In this document: positions 41,886-51,892 of the stretch, one piece after another | How the letters are laid out: every line of letters starts with the position of its first letter | Position numbering within the stretch: the stretch's first letter is position 1 | Source: a bacterium | GTDB taxonomy: Bacteria > UBA8248 | Direction of reading: 5' to 3' | Length of the DNA stretch: 64,000 nucleotides | Assembly (NCBI GenBank): GCA_965200245.1 | Contig: CBDATS010000004.1 | Coordinates: forward strand, 928,001 to 992,000 | The notes under the pieces: generated by a model | What the model was told of the DNA's origin: nothing | What the model saw: the letters and a program-made list of their open reading frames with translations, nothing else | Database searches by the model: none | Made by a program: the position numbers and the translations under genes

Positions 41886-42543
41886 ATGAACCCCTGCCAG
41901 CCGAAATCCACTCGACAATACTGCAACACAAGACTCGGGCGATGCGTGGACGTGGACGGCCATCGATGCCGATACGAAGCTGGTTATCTCGTATCTCGCA
42001 GGCGGGCGCGACAGCGGATATGCGGCCGAGTTCATGGAAGATGTAGCCGGGAGACTGGCAAACCGCGTCCAGATGACCACGGACGGCCACAGGGCATATC
42101 CCGAAGCGGTGGAAGATGCCTTTGGCGGCGAGACAGGCTACGCCATGCTGTTAAAGCTCTATGGCCCATCGAAAGAGGAAGGCCGCTACAGTCCTTCGGA
42201 GTGTATCGGAACGCGCACCGCCACCATTACGGGAAGGCCCGATCCCGAGGATATCTCCACCAGCCATGCAGAACGCCAGAACCTCACCATGCGGATGTGC
42301 ATGCGCCGTTTCACGCGCCTTACGAATGCCTTCTCGAAGCGTCTGGAGAATCACATTCACATGCTCTCGCTTTACTTCGTGCATTACAACTTCTGCCGGA
42401 TCCACAAGAGCCTGCGCGTAACTCCGGCAATGGCCGCAGGCATGGATTCGCAGCTTCGTGACATGGAATGGATCGTTCAGCTGATCGAAGCCTGCGAACC
42501 GAAGCCCGGCCGCCGCGGGAAATACAGGAAAATTTCAAAGTAA
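41886..42543 (+). pseudogene. IS1-family DDE transposase, N-terminal part deleted
   Basis: DAWTWTAIDADTKLV, QMTTDGHRAY, STSHAERQNLTMRM..RRFTRLTNAFSK, HYNFCRIHKSLRVTPAM; N-terminal HTH absent. Confidence 0.85.
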
Positions 42544-42595
42544 GACACTATAGCCCGGGCTCTCAGGAATATCGTTCTCCGCGAACGCCGAAACG

Positions 42596-43453
42596 CTACA
42601 GCGGCGTCCGGGCCCTGATGTCCTCTTCGACTACGTCACCCATGTATACGTAACCCGTCTCCTCCACGCTCCCGCTGCCAATGTAGATGCCCACCGCTTC
42701 GATAGGTTCTGTGTCACTCAGGTTGTGGAGCCAGTGTTCCACCCCTTTGGGGATGTAGTGGAAATGTCCGCCGCACACTTCCACGCGATCAGGACCCGCT
42801 CCCGCCAGGCCGTGGCCGCTGATGATGTAGTAGATTTCCTCGCAGTTGTCGTGCCTGTGCTTCTTGTGCACCGCTCCCGGAAAAAACCGCGCGCGAAACA
42901 GCGTCGTATCGCTGCCGTTGTGCCGCCCGATCGGGAGCCGGAAATCGGTTATCGACCAGCCCTCGCCCTCGTTCATGTTCTCGGGCTGCACATCGTCCAG
43001 GTGCACCAAGATGCCGTCCGTAATGCCCTCGCGCGGCATATCGAGATCCGCCCGGGTTACGTCACCCCGAAATTCATAGCCCGTGCCCGCCACGCTCGGC
43101 GCACCGAGATAGAAGCCTACCACCATCGCCTCTTCGTCCTGCGTCTCGTTGTAGAAGAAATGCGTAGAGCCTTTCGGCATGAGACGGCAGTGGCCCTCGC
43201 GCACCTCGGCGCGTTCCTCTCCCTGACCGACCACGCCGTGCCCTTTCAGGTAGACCGCGATCTCCTCGCAATCCGTGTGCAGGTGCTTCGCGTGCGTAGA
43301 ACCGGGCCGGAAAATGGAGTGAAAGGCCGTCGTCGAGCTTCCGTGTGCGCCGGTGATGGGCAGACGGAATTCCGAAATCGCCCAGCCTTCTTTCTCCTCC
43401 ATCCTCTCGGGCGTCACGTCTTCGATGTGTACCAGCGGGTATTGAAGCGGCAT
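42596..43453 (-). CDS. Bicupin protein
   Basis: Two cupin repeats: HAKHLHTDCEE..H and HKKHRHDNCEE..IPKGVEH. Confidence 0.85.
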   Translation of the reverse strand: MPLQYPLVHIEDVTPERMEEKEGWAISEFRLPITGAHGSSTTAFHSIFRPGSTHAKHLHTDCEEIAVYLKGHGVVGQGEERAEVREGHCRLMPKGSTHFFYNETQDEEAMVVGFYLGAPSVAGTGYEFRGDVTRADLDMPREGITDGILVHLDDVQPENMNEGEGWSITDFRLPIGRHNGSDTTLFRARFFPGAVHKKHRHDNCEEIYYIISGHGLAGAGPDRVEVCGGHFHYIPKGVEHWLHNLSDTEPIEAVGIYIGSGSVEETGYVYMGDVVEEDIRARTPL

Positions 43454-43491
43454 GTATGGTTCCTCGCAAAATGGTTGTTTTTCCGCAAGTG

Positions 43492-44364
43492 CTATTCGAT
43501 AACTCCCGTTCGCTGTTTCAAGTCCTCTTCGGTCACCGGCCCCAGATACTCGAAGCCGCTCTCGTCCAGGCCGCCCACGCCGATGTACCAGCCGGGTGCG
43601 GAGAGGTCTTCGGTGTCGCTGATGTTCGCGAGCCAGTGTTCCGTGGCAGCGGGGATGTAGTTGACGTCGCCTGCAACCACCTCCCCGCGATCGCCTCCGA
43701 TTCCTGCCAGACCGCGTCCTTTCAGGATGTAGCAAATCTCCTCGCAATTGTTGTGGCGGTGTTTCATGTGCACAGTGTGGGGGCCGAAGTAGCCCTGCAT
43801 CCAGCACGAACCCGCACCGACGCTGCGGTTAAGCGGCTCGTTGAAGTAATCCTGCGTCCAGCCCTCTTCTTTCGAGACCTTGACGTGGGGAACCTCGTCG
43901 TTGTGCACGAGGGTCTGCCGCAGGGCAGCGGCACTGAGCGTGCGCGGGGCGGTGAGATCGGCTTCCGTGATCTCGCCGAGGTAGACGTGGCCTGTGTCCC
44001 TGAACCAGGGAACGCGGTCGTAAAATCCGATGATGACCAAGGGATCATGCCTGCCCAGGTTCACGAGCCAGTGCTCCACGCCCCTGGGAATCAGGTGGAA
44101 ATGGCCTGCGTGCACCTCCACGCGATCCTCCCCCGCTCCCGCCAATCCATGTCCGCTCACGACGTAATACTGCATCTGGCAGTTATCGTAGCGGTGCTTG
44201 TGGTGGCGATCGCCAGGGGCCAGCGTGGCATGGTACATGATGGAGGAGGAACCCTCCTTCCCGCTGATGACGACCCGGAAATCGGAGACGTTCCAGCCCT
44301 CTTTTTCGTCGAGTTTCTCGGGCGTCACGTTGGCGATTCTAATGAATGGGTGTTCAAAAGCCAT
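43492..44364 (-). CDS. Bicupin protein (paralog)
   Basis: HHKHRYDNCQM..IPRGVEH and HMKHRHNNCEE..IPAATEH. Confidence 0.85.
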   Translation of the reverse strand: MAFEHPFIRIANVTPEKLDEKEGWNVSDFRVVISGKEGSSSIMYHATLAPGDRHHKHRYDNCQMQYYVVSGHGLAGAGEDRVEVHAGHFHLIPRGVEHWLVNLGRHDPLVIIGFYDRVPWFRDTGHVYLGEITEADLTAPRTLSAAALRQTLVHNDEVPHVKVSKEEGWTQDYFNEPLNRSVGAGSCWMQGYFGPHTVHMKHRHNNCEEICYILKGRGLAGIGGDRGEVVAGDVNYIPAATEHWLANISDTEDLSAPGWYIGVGGLDESGFEYLGPVTEEDLKQRTGVIE

Positions 44365-44409
44365 GACGACCTCCTCTGTGCCGGCGACGATGCAACGCAC
44401 CGGCGCGAA

Positions 44410-45438
44410 TCAGTTCGCTATATCGATCACCGCCCGGAGCGTGCCGCCGTCTCCGCCCGCGTCGACGAACTCGAAACCTTTCTGAATATCATCGAGCGCG
44501 AAGTGGTGAGTGATGAGGGGCTCCAGATCGATTTGACCGGTTGCCACCAGGCGAATGGCACTTTCGAAATCCTCCGGCAGACCCGCGCGCGAGCCGATGA
44601 CGGTGAGATCCTTGAAGTAATAAGCCTGGCCCGGCACACCATCGACCCTGGCCGGCCCGATACCGAACTGCAAAATCGTTCCGCCTGGCCGCGCCATCTC
44701 ATAGGCCTGAACCATGGTCTCGGCGGCACCCGCTGTCTCGATGACGATATCCGCACCCAGGCCATCGGTAAGATCGCGCACGGCCTCCACCGGATCCACC
44801 TCGCCCGCGGGCACGATTTCATCCGCTCCCAGTTCTTTCGCCACATCAAGCTTCCACTTGCTCCTCGTCACGGCGATGACGGAAGCCGCCCCCGAGACTT
44901 TCGCCAACTGCGTATGAAGCAGACCGCTGCTCCCCTGGCCCAGGACAACCACGCGTGCGCACGCGATGTAAGGTGCTTTTCTCTGGCTGTAGACGACCGT
45001 GTACAGGCCCACGAAGTTCGTCGCAGCGGCGAAGCTCACATGTCCGGGAAAGGCGAAAGCTTCGGTCTCACGCACGGCGATGTACTCGGCGAAGGTGCCC
45101 GGCACCTCGCGTCCCCTCAGGCCGCCATGCAGGCAAATGTTCGTCAGCCCGCGTACGCAGTAGAAACAAGAACCGCAACTCGAGAGGGGGTTCAGCACCA
45201 CCCGGTCGCCGACTTTCAGTCGCGTGACGTTCCCGCCGACCTGCTCCACCGTCCCGGTGCACTCATGGCCGGGAATGAGGGGAATCCTCGCGGGCATCTT
45301 CCCCGCCCAGATGGATACGTCCGTCCCGCAGATGGCCGAAGTCGCTACTTGCACCAGCACGTGATCTTCGGGCATGCCGGGGTCTGGCTGATCGCCCACG
45401 CTCATCACACGCTCTTTTTCAAGCAAAGCCGCTTTCAT
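44410..45438 (-). CDS. Zn-dependent alcohol dehydrogenase (MDR)
   Basis: ICGTD, GHE, CGSCFYC..C. Confidence 0.92.
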   Translation of the reverse strand: MKAALLEKERVMSVGDQPDPGMPEDHVLVQVATSAICGTDVSIWAGKMPARIPLIPGHECTGTVEQVGGNVTRLKVGDRVVLNPLSSCGSCFYCVRGLTNICLHGGLRGREVPGTFAEYIAVRETEAFAFPGHVSFAAATNFVGLYTVVYSQRKAPYIACARVVVLGQGSSGLLHTQLAKVSGAASVIAVTRSKWKLDVAKELGADEIVPAGEVDPVEAVRDLTDGLGADIVIETAGAAETMVQAYEMARPGGTILQFGIGPARVDGVPGQAYYFKDLTVIGSRAGLPEDFESAIRLVATGQIDLEPLITHHFALDDIQKGFEFVDAGGDGGTLRAVIDIAN

Positions 45439-45594
45439 GAATCTCTCCGTCGGAACATGAGACAATGTCCTGGAAAAAATGGAATCGCTTGCGCCCAAGA
45501 ATACGGCATCGCACCGGTCAGGAAAAGCGCGATTGGGAGAAAACCAACAGTTCGAGATGCCGTCGGGCGGCAGCGTAAAGTGGAAATCGTGTTC

Positions 45595-46758
45595 CTAGCG
45601 CGCCTCGAAGAAACGGTACACGGCGTGGTCTCCACCGAATTTTCCATCCAGGGCGTCGCGTAGCCAGTCGGCCACCATGAGATAGAAATCAGGCAAGCGT
45701 CCGCCCATGGTGTGGGTTTCGTTCTCATACACCCAAAGTTCCCTTGGACCGCCCAGAAGATCGAAGAATTGCCTGGCGTCTTCCAGCGGACAAAGTTCGT
45801 CGAACTCGCCCATCGCGAGCAGGGTGGGACATTTTATGTCGCCCGCGATGCCCTCGAGCGTCATCTGCTCGGCCATGGCGTCGAACTCGTCCTCATCATG
45901 AATGTTGGACATGTACTTGTAGTTTGCGCGGTAGGCGGGTTTCCCATGCTTGAAGATGGAGTCTTTCTGCAGGTAGACACCCATCGCACCCACACAGGCC
46001 CGCAGGCGCGAATCGTGCGCCGCCACGCGCGGCCCCCAGTAGCTACCCATGCTCCAGCCGTAGAGGCCGATTTTTTCTGAATCCACCTCGGGACGTGATT
46101 CGAGGAAATCAATCGCCGCCGACCCGGCACGCTCGAAATTGTCCAGCGTCACCCAGGTCTCGCGCGTGTTGCTCTCCCCCTGGCCCGGACCGTCGATGCT
46201 GAGCGTTGCGAGGCCGCGCCGCCGGAAATGGTTGTGGTAGGGATTCGGCAGGAACTCCTTGATGGTGTCCATCCCCGGCACGATGATAACGCAGGGAGCG
46301 CGTTCCACCCCCGGCACGGTCTGGAGGATGCCGGGGAGCGTCTTTCCATTCTCGAAGGGAATCTCCACGCGCTCGACAGGAGCCTCTTCGAACAGTTTGA
46401 TGAACTTCTCGTAACAGGCGATCATCTTCGCGTAAAGTTCGAGCTTCCGGGGCGTGTTCCTGTGGATGACACCGCAGGCGGGACCGTAATACAGCACTGC
46501 GCGGTGGTAGAACTCCGCCGCCGATTCACGGTGTCCCGCCGCCTCGGCCTCGCGCGCCAGGGCTTCTTCCTGGGCTGCGGTGCGCGCCCATTCCTTGGGC
46601 ACGGCACCGGGTGTCTTGATGCGCTCGGTCGTCCGCCGCACGTCGGCGGGGCGAAAACCCCATTCCACGTACATCACCGAACGGAAGGCATAGACATCGT
46701 GGAGCTTGTAGAACTCCTCGGTCACCCACTGCTGGCCACGGCGGCTCCTCTCGCTCAT
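45595..46758 (-). CDS. Alpha/beta hydrolase (DHPON hydrolase/FrsA-like)
   Basis: PGMD, DGPGQGE, GWSMG, FDELCP, ETH. Confidence 0.85.
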   Translation of the reverse strand: MSERSRRGQQWVTEEFYKLHDVYAFRSVMYVEWGFRPADVRRTTERIKTPGAVPKEWARTAAQEEALAREAEAAGHRESAAEFYHRAVLYYGPACGVIHRNTPRKLELYAKMIACYEKFIKLFEEAPVERVEIPFENGKTLPGILQTVPGVERAPCVIIVPGMDTIKEFLPNPYHNHFRRRGLATLSIDGPGQGESNTRETWVTLDNFERAGSAAIDFLESRPEVDSEKIGLYGWSMGSYWGPRVAAHDSRLRACVGAMGVYLQKDSIFKHGKPAYRANYKYMSNIHDEDEFDAMAEQMTLEGIAGDIKCPTLLAMGEFDELCPLEDARQFFDLLGGPRELWVYENETHTMGGRLPDFYLMVADWLRDALDGKFGGDHAVYRFFEAR

Positions 46759-46765
46759 GGGGGAC

Positions 46766-47488
46766 CTAGACGCTCCGGGCGGGAACCAGATGTTCACGCA
46801 TCAATGCGCCGCCCCGGGTGGCTTCTCCCTCGAAGCCCGCGGTTCTCAGCGTGTGCCAAATGGCCGTGGTGTTGCTCGTGAGCACGGGCTTTCCGAGCGC
46901 TGCTTCGAGCACATCCACCGATTCGAGCGAGCGGAAATTCGTGCAACTGATGAAAATGCCGTCCGCCTCGTCGCAGTCCACCTCGCGTGCCAGGGCTTCC
47001 GAGTTCTCGGGTGGCAGGAAGGCGGAGCACTCGACGTTCTGGCCTTTCTCGGCCACGACCTCGATCCCCTTGTCCTTCAGGAACACCGTGAGCTTGTCGT
47101 TCAGCCACTGGGGATATGGCGAAGCGAGCGCCACCCTGGCGACGCCCATCTCGCGCATGGCCTCGGTAAGGGCGGTGGAGGTCGTCGTGGCGGGGATGCC
47201 TGTACGGTCCTCGATAACGGCGATGATGTCCGCATCCATGCCCGGACGGACGAAGCTGCCGCCGGTGCAGCCGAAGCAGATGGCGTCGAGACTAGCGTGC
47301 CCGAGCAGATCGGCAAGTTCGGGCACCACCTCGATCATGTGCAGGAGGGTTTCCTCCTCATCGTCCGTGTGGGCGATTCGCGTGAAGTGGGCCGATACGC
47401 CCGCAGGCGCCATGCGCTGGCATTCGTACTCCATCACCGTGTTCCAGGATGGAACAATGAATCCGAGTTTGTTCTTCCAATCCGTCAT
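46766..47488 (-). CDS. Maleate cis-trans isomerase / Asp-Glu racemase family
   Basis: IVPSWNTVME, FGCTGGS, SPY, ISCTNF, PVLTSN. Confidence 0.87.
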   Translation of the reverse strand: MTDWKNKLGFIVPSWNTVMEYECQRMAPAGVSAHFTRIAHTDDEEETLLHMIEVVPELADLLGHASLDAICFGCTGGSFVRPGMDADIIAVIEDRTGIPATTTSTALTEAMREMGVARVALASPYPQWLNDKLTVFLKDKGIEVVAEKGQNVECSAFLPPENSEALAREVDCDEADGIFISCTNFRSLESVDVLEAALGKPVLTSNTTAIWHTLRTAGFEGEATRGGALMREHLVPARSV

Positions 47489-47682
47489 GGGGGAATCCTC
47501 CGGTGCGGGAAGTCTGAATTCGTTTGTCTGAAAATGATAAAGAAGCGAAAGCCATAAGTCCATCTCTGTGGAACACATGCAGGGGGAAACGAAGAGAACC
47601 GCGAGATTGACACGATGGATCGCATCAATTCATCGTGCGAGGAAATGGACGGAAAACGAACCAGGTACAGGGAGTTGGTGAC

Positions 47683-48364
47683 GTGAGCAAACGGCGCATG
47701 CAAAACGGGGAAGCAACGAATGATTTGGTTTTAAGTGCTTATGCAGCAAGCAATGACTGTGTGTTCCCAAGGGTTCTCGAACTCTATGTAAAGCCGGGAA
47801 GTATTGTGGCCGATGTAACTTACGGAAAGGGTGTTTTCTGGCGTCGCATTCCCGATGATCGTTACGACTTGCGCGCCACCGATATCCAGGACGGGGTCGA
47901 TTGCCGCAACCCGCCCTATGGGGACGGGGAGATCGATTGCGTTGTGCTCGATCCTCCCTACATGCACTCGCCGGGAGGAACGGCACACCGCTCGCATACG
48001 CCTTTCGAAGATCACTACCGCAACAATGGATCGGGCAACGGGACGGGTAGAAAGTACCATGAGGCGGTGCTGGATCTGTATCTGGAAGCCGGACGGGAGG
48101 CGCACCGGGTATTGCGCGCGCGGCGTTCTCATCGTGAAGTGTCAGGACGAGGTTTGCTCGAACCGCCAGAGGTTCACTTACGTCGAAATCATGCAGGCGT
48201 ACGAGAAGACGGGATTTGTCGCGGAAGACCTGTTCGTCGTGATGCGGAACAACCGGCCCGGCGTGAGCCGCGCCGTGAAACAGGTTCATGCCCGTAAAAA
48301 TCACTCGTATTTCCTTGTGTTCTGGAAACGAAAAGGCAGCAGACGCCCCTGGGTTGCGCCATGA
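47683..48364 (+). pseudogene. Amino-type DNA methyltransferase, frameshifted
   Basis: ADVTYGKG and LDPPY in 47635..48297; C-terminus [21 protein letters not shown] in the +1 frame; shift near 48115-48122. Confidence 0.75.
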
Positions 48365-48490
48365 TGCCGGTTCAGGTTTTGCGAGAGATAACATTGGAAT
48401 TCGCAGAAAAAGATATATGGGCCGGAAGTGAACGTGAAATGTTTCGGCACTTAGGTGCCACGAATAAAGGTGAAGCCGGGAGAGCGTTGT
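48361..48490 (+). pseudogene. Possible N-terminal stub of the cognate restriction endonuclease
   Basis: ATGA-coupled to the methylase; DIWAGS..FRHLGATNKGEAG, then degenerates. Confidence 0.35.
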
Positions 48491-48579
48491 TGGACAAATC
48501 GATGCTGGGTTTGTCTTCGGCGAGCGTTGCGCGGCGTAAGAGTGGCGGGGAGCGCAACGGAATGGGAAGGCAGTGCTGA

Positions 48580-48860
48580 GGAGTTCGGGGACCCTATCGA
48601 AGGCGAAATGCCCGAATGCCGGGCGAGGGAACGGCTCGCCTTCTCCGGGTTCCCGGCGGCGCAACCTGCAGACGAGTATCCCCGTCGAGTCAACCTTGGC
48701 CATCACCGGACATCGAACGGCAAAGACGAGGAAGTGTCCGGGCGAGAAGACGGTGCCGGGCCTCGTGCATCCACTCGCCAGGAATGCCGGGAAGCGATGG
48801 CACCGCCTATGCAGTTTCCCTCATCCGGCAGACGTGGTCGCCTCCGTTCACAAGGCGACT
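48580..48860 (+). mobile_element. Degenerate IS256-family transposase C-terminal remnant
   Basis: RLAFSGFPA / LQTSIPVESTLAITGHRTAKTRKC..AGKRWHRL resembles IS256 FPxEHW-RTTNPIES-KRWRRL. Confidence 0.6.
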
Positions 48861-48977
48861 TTCGTATATACTCCCCAACGCGAAAACGTACACAATGATC
48901 CACCACGCCGAAAGCATCAATGTCCTTTCCGGGAATCGGCGTTCACTCATAAAGCAGACTCGGATATTCCTCGGCAA

Positions 48978-49014
48978 AGCAAGAGGGCGGCCCGAATCGG
49001 GCCGCCCTCTTGCT
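48978..49014 (-). terminator. Perfect 17-bp hairpin downstream of the GntR-M24-DRE-TIM operon
   Basis: AGCAAGAGGGCGGCCCG-AAT-CGGGCCGCCCTCTTGCT. Confidence 0.7.
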
Positions 49015-49106
49015 GCGGTTTGCAACCCGCGCGCCGGGAGGAAAGACTGGGGCCGGCGAACCGGCGCGACCTCTCTCATCCGTCCCCGAACGATGCGGGC
49101 TGGAAA

Positions 49107-50327
49107 CTATTTTGCCCCCGCAAGCTCCTTGAACTCATCCATCGTGAGCAGGCGATGGAGACCCAGGGATTTTTCCTTGACGTCCATCAGGAGCGCCATC
49201 TTCTCTTCTTCAGATGCAGTGATGCCCAACTGCTCCAGGAAGAGATTGATGGAATCGATGCCGCTTCCCTTGCCGATGACGGGTTCGGGCTCCTTCTGGC
49301 CGACGAGGCCGGCGCGGAAGGGCACGAGTTCGGTCGGGAAGTCCTTCTCGCAGTTCTTGAGCCAGCTTACGATAATGCCACTCTCGATATCGTAGAGGTT
49401 GTCACCCACCACACAGCGGTTGGGCGCGAGGCTGATACGCCCACACTCCTGCACGAGGCGTGAAACCTCGGTGAACTTCTCGGTCTTGAGGCCCATATCC
49501 ACGTCGTACATGGTGAGCATGGCAAGAGCCAGTTCTTCATACGCGGCGTTGCCCGCGCGCTCGCCGACCCCGCTCACGGAGGTCTGTGCCACCTGACAAC
49601 CCTCGGCCATCGCCATCAGCGTATTGGCGACACCCATGCCGTAGTCGTCGTGGAAATGCGGTTCGAAAGGTTCATTCGGGAACACCTCGCGCATCTTCCT
49701 GATGACGTAGGGCACTGTGTGCGGGCTGAGCACGCCGAACGTGTCCACGATGGCGAGCGCATCCATGTGGCCTTCGGTCGCCACCTTCTTGAGCAGGCCC
49801 AGTACCCAGTCCAGCGGGGCGCGGGAGAAGTCGATGGGGAAGAACACGGTGTAAAGGCCACATTCCTTCGCCACCTGCGTGGCCTTGACGGAGGTATCGA
49901 TGGCCTTGTCGAGTTCCCATTTGTACGCGCGCTCGATCATGTGTGTGGAACTCGGCACTTCCATCACGACGCCCTTGACACCCGTGTCGGCGGAGCGCTT
50001 TACGTCATCTGCCATGCAGCGCGCGAAGCTGAACACCTCGGTGTCTGTGCCTTCGAGGCGTTTGACGATCTCACGGATCGCTGCCTCATCAGAGGGCGAG
50101 ACAACCGGCATGCCTGCCTCGATGCGGTGCACGCCGACCTCGGCGAGTGCCTCTGCGATACGTATCTTCTCGTCCTTGTTGAACATGACACCCGCTTGCT
50201 GCTCGCCGTCCCTGAGCGTCACGTCGTGGATCCTGGGGTTTGGGTCGAACTTGATATTGGAGGTCACCTCGCCATCGAAGTTCCACGGGCTGGTGAACCA
50301 CATATCGGTATTCCAGGGTTCGCTCAT
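49107..50327 (-). CDS. DRE-TIM metallolyase (homocitrate/isopropylmalate synthase-like)
   Basis: DVTLRDGEQ, HFHDDYG, GERAGN; no LeuA regulatory domain. Confidence 0.85.
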   Translation of the reverse strand: MSEPWNTDMWFTSPWNFDGEVTSNIKFDPNPRIHDVTLRDGEQQAGVMFNKDEKIRIAEALAEVGVHRIEAGMPVVSPSDEAAIREIVKRLEGTDTEVFSFARCMADDVKRSADTGVKGVVMEVPSSTHMIERAYKWELDKAIDTSVKATQVAKECGLYTVFFPIDFSRAPLDWVLGLLKKVATEGHMDALAIVDTFGVLSPHTVPYVIRKMREVFPNEPFEPHFHDDYGMGVANTLMAMAEGCQVAQTSVSGVGERAGNAAYEELALAMLTMYDVDMGLKTEKFTEVSRLVQECGRISLAPNRCVVGDNLYDIESGIIVSWLKNCEKDFPTELVPFRAGLVGQKEPEPVIGKGSGIDSINLFLEQLGITASEEEKMALLMDVKEKSLGLHRLLTMDEFKELAGAK

Positions 50328-50392
50328 CTCAAAATTCTCCTATTCGGCTTTTCGGAGGGCAACTTCCCCTGCACTACGTACATGAAAGACGT

Positions 50393-50431
50393 TCCCGCCC
50401 GTGCCCCAGACATTGGGGGACACGGGCGGGA
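50393..50431. repeat. Intergenic stem-loop
   Basis: TCCCGCCCGTG..CCCCA / TGGGG..CACGGGCGGGA. Confidence 0.55.
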
Positions 50432-50441
50432 GACAACAACA

Positions 50442-51791
50442 CTATTCCGGCAAGTCGAAGCGAGGCTCGCCGCGCGACTTCGCCGAGAAGTCGAAGTAAG
50501 GCGAATCCTCGATGCACTCGTCGTAGTGCGAGGAACCCGTGAAGACGATGGGGCCGTCGGGGCCGACAAGTACATTCTCTTCTAGGCGCACCGTCTGCGG
50601 GAGACCCGGGTGGCCGGCGAACGTCTCGATGGCGAAGTACATGTTCTCCTTGATCTCCACCGGGTAATCGAGGCTGTAGGCGCGGCTGATCCACATGCCC
50701 TCATACAAGTCGAGGCCGATGGAGTGGGCGAACTGCTGGAGCGTCACCGTACCGTACCTGTCGTCGGCATAGACGGGGAACTGCTCAGCCACGTCCTTGG
50801 AGGTCTTGCCCGGCACGAGCTGGCTCATGCCGGCGTACATGGTATCGTAGACCTCTCTGTAGAGTTCTTTTTCCTTCTTCGTCCAGCCGCCGCCGCACTT
50901 GAAGCAGCGCACGTAGTCGACGAAGTAGCCGCCCGGTCCGATGGCGTTGATGTCGACGACAACGAGATCGCCGTCCCTGATCATCTTGTCGGTGTGCCAA
51001 CGACGGTAGGGACTGGTGTTGCCGCCCGAGGCCACGATGATGTCGTATACGAAATCGAAGCCCTCTTCATAAAGCAGGTTGTTCACCCACGCAGTGAGGT
51101 CGCACTCGCGAATGCCGGGCTTGAGCCACTCGTTCCTGATCTTCCACATGCAGGTATCGCCGATGGTCGAACTGATTTTCAGGCATTCAATCTCTTCAGG
51201 CGTCTTGATGACGCGCGCCTCGCTCATCGCCGGCCACGCGTTCACAAGGTTCACGCCCTTCTCGGTGAAGGCGCTGTAGGCCTGCATGTCCATGATGTCG
51301 ATGCCAATCCGCCCGTTGAGCGGAATGTTGTTCTCCTTGAGAACATCGATGACCGAATCCGCCATGCGGTTCACCATCATTTGCTCGGCGGTCTCGGACC
51401 ATTTCCAGGTGATGGCGGGGCGGATGTTGCCCTCGAGCCAGGGCGCGTCGATCTTCGCGCACTCGTAGTCCGATCCTGCTGTCTCGAACAGCACCGGCGT
51501 ATCCGCTCCCCTGCAAAGCACGGCATAGCGGATAAAGATATTGTTCTTCCAGTTGCCCTGGAAGACCGACGCGGTGTAGCGGATGTTCTCGCCCTTGTAC
51601 ATGATGATGGCATCCATGTCGTGCTTTTCCATCATCGCCTTGGCGCGGTCGAGCCTGTCCTTTCTCATCCTGTCGAAGTCGACGCGGCGCTGCCAATCAC
51701 TGCCCGTCTGGCTGAAGACGCGCCGGGGAGACTGGTAATGCTCTTTCTGCAAAAAGTCCATCGGCATGCCTTGCTTACTCATTTCCACCAT
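50442..51791 (-). CDS. M24 (Xaa-Pro peptidase/creatinase-like) protein
   Basis: ARVIKTPEEI, D..GYFVD, HSIGL, IET, RLEE; AGGAGGA RBS. Confidence 0.88.
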   Translation of the reverse strand: MVEMSKQGMPMDFLQKEHYQSPRRVFSQTGSDWQRRVDFDRMRKDRLDRAKAMMEKHDMDAIIMYKGENIRYTASVFQGNWKNNIFIRYAVLCRGADTPVLFETAGSDYECAKIDAPWLEGNIRPAITWKWSETAEQMMVNRMADSVIDVLKENNIPLNGRIGIDIMDMQAYSAFTEKGVNLVNAWPAMSEARVIKTPEEIECLKISSTIGDTCMWKIRNEWLKPGIRECDLTAWVNNLLYEEGFDFVYDIIVASGGNTSPYRRWHTDKMIRDGDLVVVDINAIGPGGYFVDYVRCFKCGGGWTKKEKELYREVYDTMYAGMSQLVPGKTSKDVAEQFPVYADDRYGTVTLQQFAHSIGLDLYEGMWISRAYSLDYPVEIKENMYFAIETFAGHPGLPQTVRLEENVLVGPDGPIVFTGSSHYDECIEDSPYFDFSAKSRGEPRFDLPE

Positions 51792-51892
51792 CAAGATTCC
51801 TCCTATACGGAATAAGGGGTGAAGCATTCCAAAAAAACGACACCAACAAACGTCCGACAATTCCGACAACCATCAAGCGCACCCTGTCCCTC

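Larger units (their letters stand above)
40226..42550 (+). mobile_element. IS1-family-like element with passenger genes and 24-bp terminal inverted repeats
   Basis: TAGTGTCTCACTTTGAAATTTTCC (40226-40249) vs reverse complement of 42527-42550: 23/24 identical; transposase ends inside the right repeat. Confidence 0.85.

Noticed and set aside
43456-45663. 735-aa + strand ORF
   Set aside because: Antisense to the cupin and ADH genes; no motifs
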